From the NCBI GenBank assembly GCA_018985225.1, contig JADGIF010000330.1, forward strand, positions 1 to 10,744: DNA of 10,744 bases. Direction: 5' to 3'. The DNA comes from Amoeboradix gromovi X-113 (lineage: Eukaryota; Fungi; Sanchytriomycota). Position 1 is the first letter of the stretch. Each line of letters begins with the position of its first letter. The notes under the pieces were generated by a model, which ran no database searches, was not told where the DNA came from, and saw only the letters and a list, made by a program, of their open reading frames with translations. Both the position numbers and the translations under genes were made by a program. This document shows, one piece after another, positions 8,535 to 10,744 of the stretch.

Positions 8535-10519
8535 ATGTATCCAGTGCTGCTTCCAGGACTAACTCAGTACATAATAAAAACAGACGGTCAGCTACCAAGT
8601 GGAGCAGTCCATCATATATATGATAACTATTACATTGTTCATACAAATCAGACTTTATTCAAAAGGGACGAATACCAATATTTTCTGGAGGATAAAGCAA
8701 CTAGACGGCTTTTTAAAAGAGACTCTTGGGGATTGAATTCTACAGTACCAAAAACTATATCCAATGAGCAAATAAAAGAGTTTCTGAACATTTCTGATCC
8801 AGAATTTGATAATCAGTGGCATTTTACATCCGATCACCATTTAAACACCTACCCAGCATGGAAGCAGGGCTACTTTGGCGCCAACGTTACTGTTGCTATA
8901 CTAGATGATGGTGTGGACTATACCCATAAAGATCTGCTCAATTTTTGCAAAGAATGCAGCCACGATTTTAATGACCATCGAGAACTGCCCATACCCACTT
9001 TGTTTGACGACTATCACGGGACCCGGTGCGCAGGTGAGATAGGTGCAGCGATTAATGATGCATGTGGTGTTGGAGTAGCTCCGAAAGCTACTCTTTCTGG
9101 AATCAGAATTCTTGGCGGCTCTTTGACTACAGCTGATGAGGCGTTAGCAGTGAATCACGGCATGCAATTGAACGATATCTACAGCTGCTCATGGGGACCT
9201 TCAGATGATGGGACTACTATTGATGGACCCCCAGAGCCAGTTTATGCTGCATTCGTCAACGGAATCAAAAATGGCCGGGGTGGAAAAGGTAATATATTTG
9301 TGTTTGCTAGTGGGAATGGTGGCATGCACAGCGATGATTGTAATTATGATGGCTATACGGTACTTTGCTATTAATGTAGAACATGCCATTCGTTGTCACA
9401 ATCGGCGCCACGGACATTTCGTTTACTAAACCCACCTATTCAGAGAATTGCGCTGCTCAGCTAGGGGTTACTTTGTCTAGCGGACAAGGTAAATCCATTG
9501 TTACCACAAATTGGATTAAAAATAGCAAAGATACTGTATGTACTGATAAACATGGTGGAACCTCTGCAGCCGCACCTCTAGCTGCTGGCATGATAGCTTT
9601 GTTTTTATCTGTACGCCCTGATCTAATGTGGAGAGATGTGCAGCACATTGTGCTGAAGTCGGCAAGACCTTTTGTCAGTGAGGGAGAGGACTGGCAGACT
9701 GTTGCGCACGGAAGAAAATTTAGCCATGTATTTGGGTATGGATTACTTGATGCTCATGCTATGGTAAACTTGGCCAAAAATTGGACATTGGTGAATAAAG
9801 AAGTGAAAATTACATCTCCCGTTATATCTGTAAATAGGGATATCAGAGATGGAGAGACTGTCGAATCCAAATATATTGTTGACCCATCAAGTCTCGCTAG
9901 CTCATACTTTGGTGATTTGGAGCACGTCACTGTCAAACTCTCTATAAACCATTCTCACAGAGGTGACTTGGAGATAACGCTGGTATCTCCGAACAACTAC
10001 ATATCATATCTGGCCAAAGCTAGAAAAAGCGACTATCATTCGCAGCCCCTGGTAGATTGGACGATGAGCTCTGTTGTTCATTTTGGAGAGAACCCTGTGG
10101 GCACGTGGAAAATAATGGTAAAGGATGCCAATGTCAATAGTAAGTCTGGTACCTTTGTAAGATGGCAGCTTACTTTGATGGGATCCTCAAATATCACAAA
10201 CCCACCAAACGTCACTGATTCGGTGCCTAGTAAGGCCGGGAACAACTCGACTATAATACCCGATAAACCAAAAGGTGTGCCATATGATGGTGGAAGTAAT
10301 GGAACTATTGTAGCAGTCTTCCTGATATTTGGATTTGTGGGCTTTGCGTTTTACTATTTCAAACAGAACTCAACCTCTCATCATCGAATTAAAGTTGACG
10401 ATGATGTTGAAGAACGGCAAGTATTACATGATGCCAACGAATTCTTTGAGGACGACTTTGAACTTGACTCTTTACATCACTCATCACCTAGAAAGCACGC
10501 TGAAAGAGATCAGAATTAA
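8535..10519 (+). CDS. KEX2: Kexin (Kex2) subtilisin-like proprotein convertase, join(8535..9359,9380..10519), 654 aa
   Basis: Catalytic Asp (AILDDG), His (HGTRCAGEI), oxyanion Asn (ASGNGG) and Ser (HGGTSAAAP); P-domain (LEHVTV...HSHRGDL); TM helix; acidic tail; pro-domain site RRLFKR/D. Splicing restores CNYDGYT-N. Confidence 0.95.
9360..9379 (+). other. 20-nt spliceosomal intron in KEX2: GTACTTTGCTATTAATGTAG
   Basis: GT-AG ends, phase 0, TTAAT-GTAG 3' end. Removal gives DGYT|NMPFVVTIGA, matching the kexin DGYTNSIYSITIGA segment without gaps. Confidence 0.94.
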
Positions 10520-10523
10520 TAAA
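10518..10523 (+). terminator. Putative poly(A) signal AATAAA overlapping the KEX2 stop
   Basis: TAATAAA at 10517-10523; the other genes show the same arrangement. Confidence 0.5.
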
Positions 10524-10744
10524 TTACAAATTTTAGTGTTATCTTTATTATCAGGTTTTCTTTACGGCCAAGGTCATATCGTAGCAAATGGGACACCAAA
10601 TATAAAAACTAGACTAACTCGTTTTTAAAGGTGCACCATACGCAGGAAATGCTATCATTAATAAAAGATCTTCTATTATACCAATTTTCTTTCATTGATT
10701 GTATTCCTCTTTTTAAAATAAAAGTAGAAGATCCTGCATCTCGT

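Noticed and set aside
8537-8567. CTAACTCAG as the 3' end of a 5' intron in KEX2
   Set aside because: Donors at 8537 and 8549 place the upstream exon in a frame closed by TGA at 8516-8518 with no ATG; the donor at 8544 would only delete 8 codons.
9383-10519. Separate gene or programmed frameshift for the Kex2 C-terminal half
   Set aside because: A 20-nt GT-AG intron explains the frame change and restores the conserved motif without extra residues.
1473-10628. Other short track ORFs (1473+, 3052-, 3373-, 4020+, 4383+, 4472+, 4899+, 6635+, 8655-, 9201-, 9205+, 9457-, 9754-, 10329+)
   Set aside because: Antisense or alternate-frame shadows of confident genes, with no recognisable motifs.
10520-10744. 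Partial gene at the right edge
   Set aside because: Only short frames without motifs on either strand.

Overview
AT-rich, very gene-dense eukaryotic DNA, fungal/opisthokont-like, standard genetic code (TAA and TGA end recognisable genes). Genes in order: complex I subunit NDUFB3 (-), a small tail-anchored protein (-), a Siz/PIAS SUMO E3 ligase (+), AP-1 gamma-adaptin (-), Vps45 (-) and Kex2 protease (+). Two things stand out. (1) Three genes are split by ultra-short spliceosomal introns of 19, 19 and 20 nt sharing the layout GTA-N7/8-YTRAY-RTAG, with the putative branch A 6 nt from the 3' end; removing them restores conserved domains. (2) The Vps45-Kex2 spacer holds a frameshifted, decayed Fanzor/TnpB-like nuclease C-terminus (NESFTSQTCTRYG ... 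CTNCGLRVDSAHNTASNIY) followed by hand-foldable stem-loops where an omega-RNA would lie. Poly(A)-like hexamers sit at every stop codon and several intergenic gaps are only 5-58 bp. Bases 1-1469 contain nothing I can identify.
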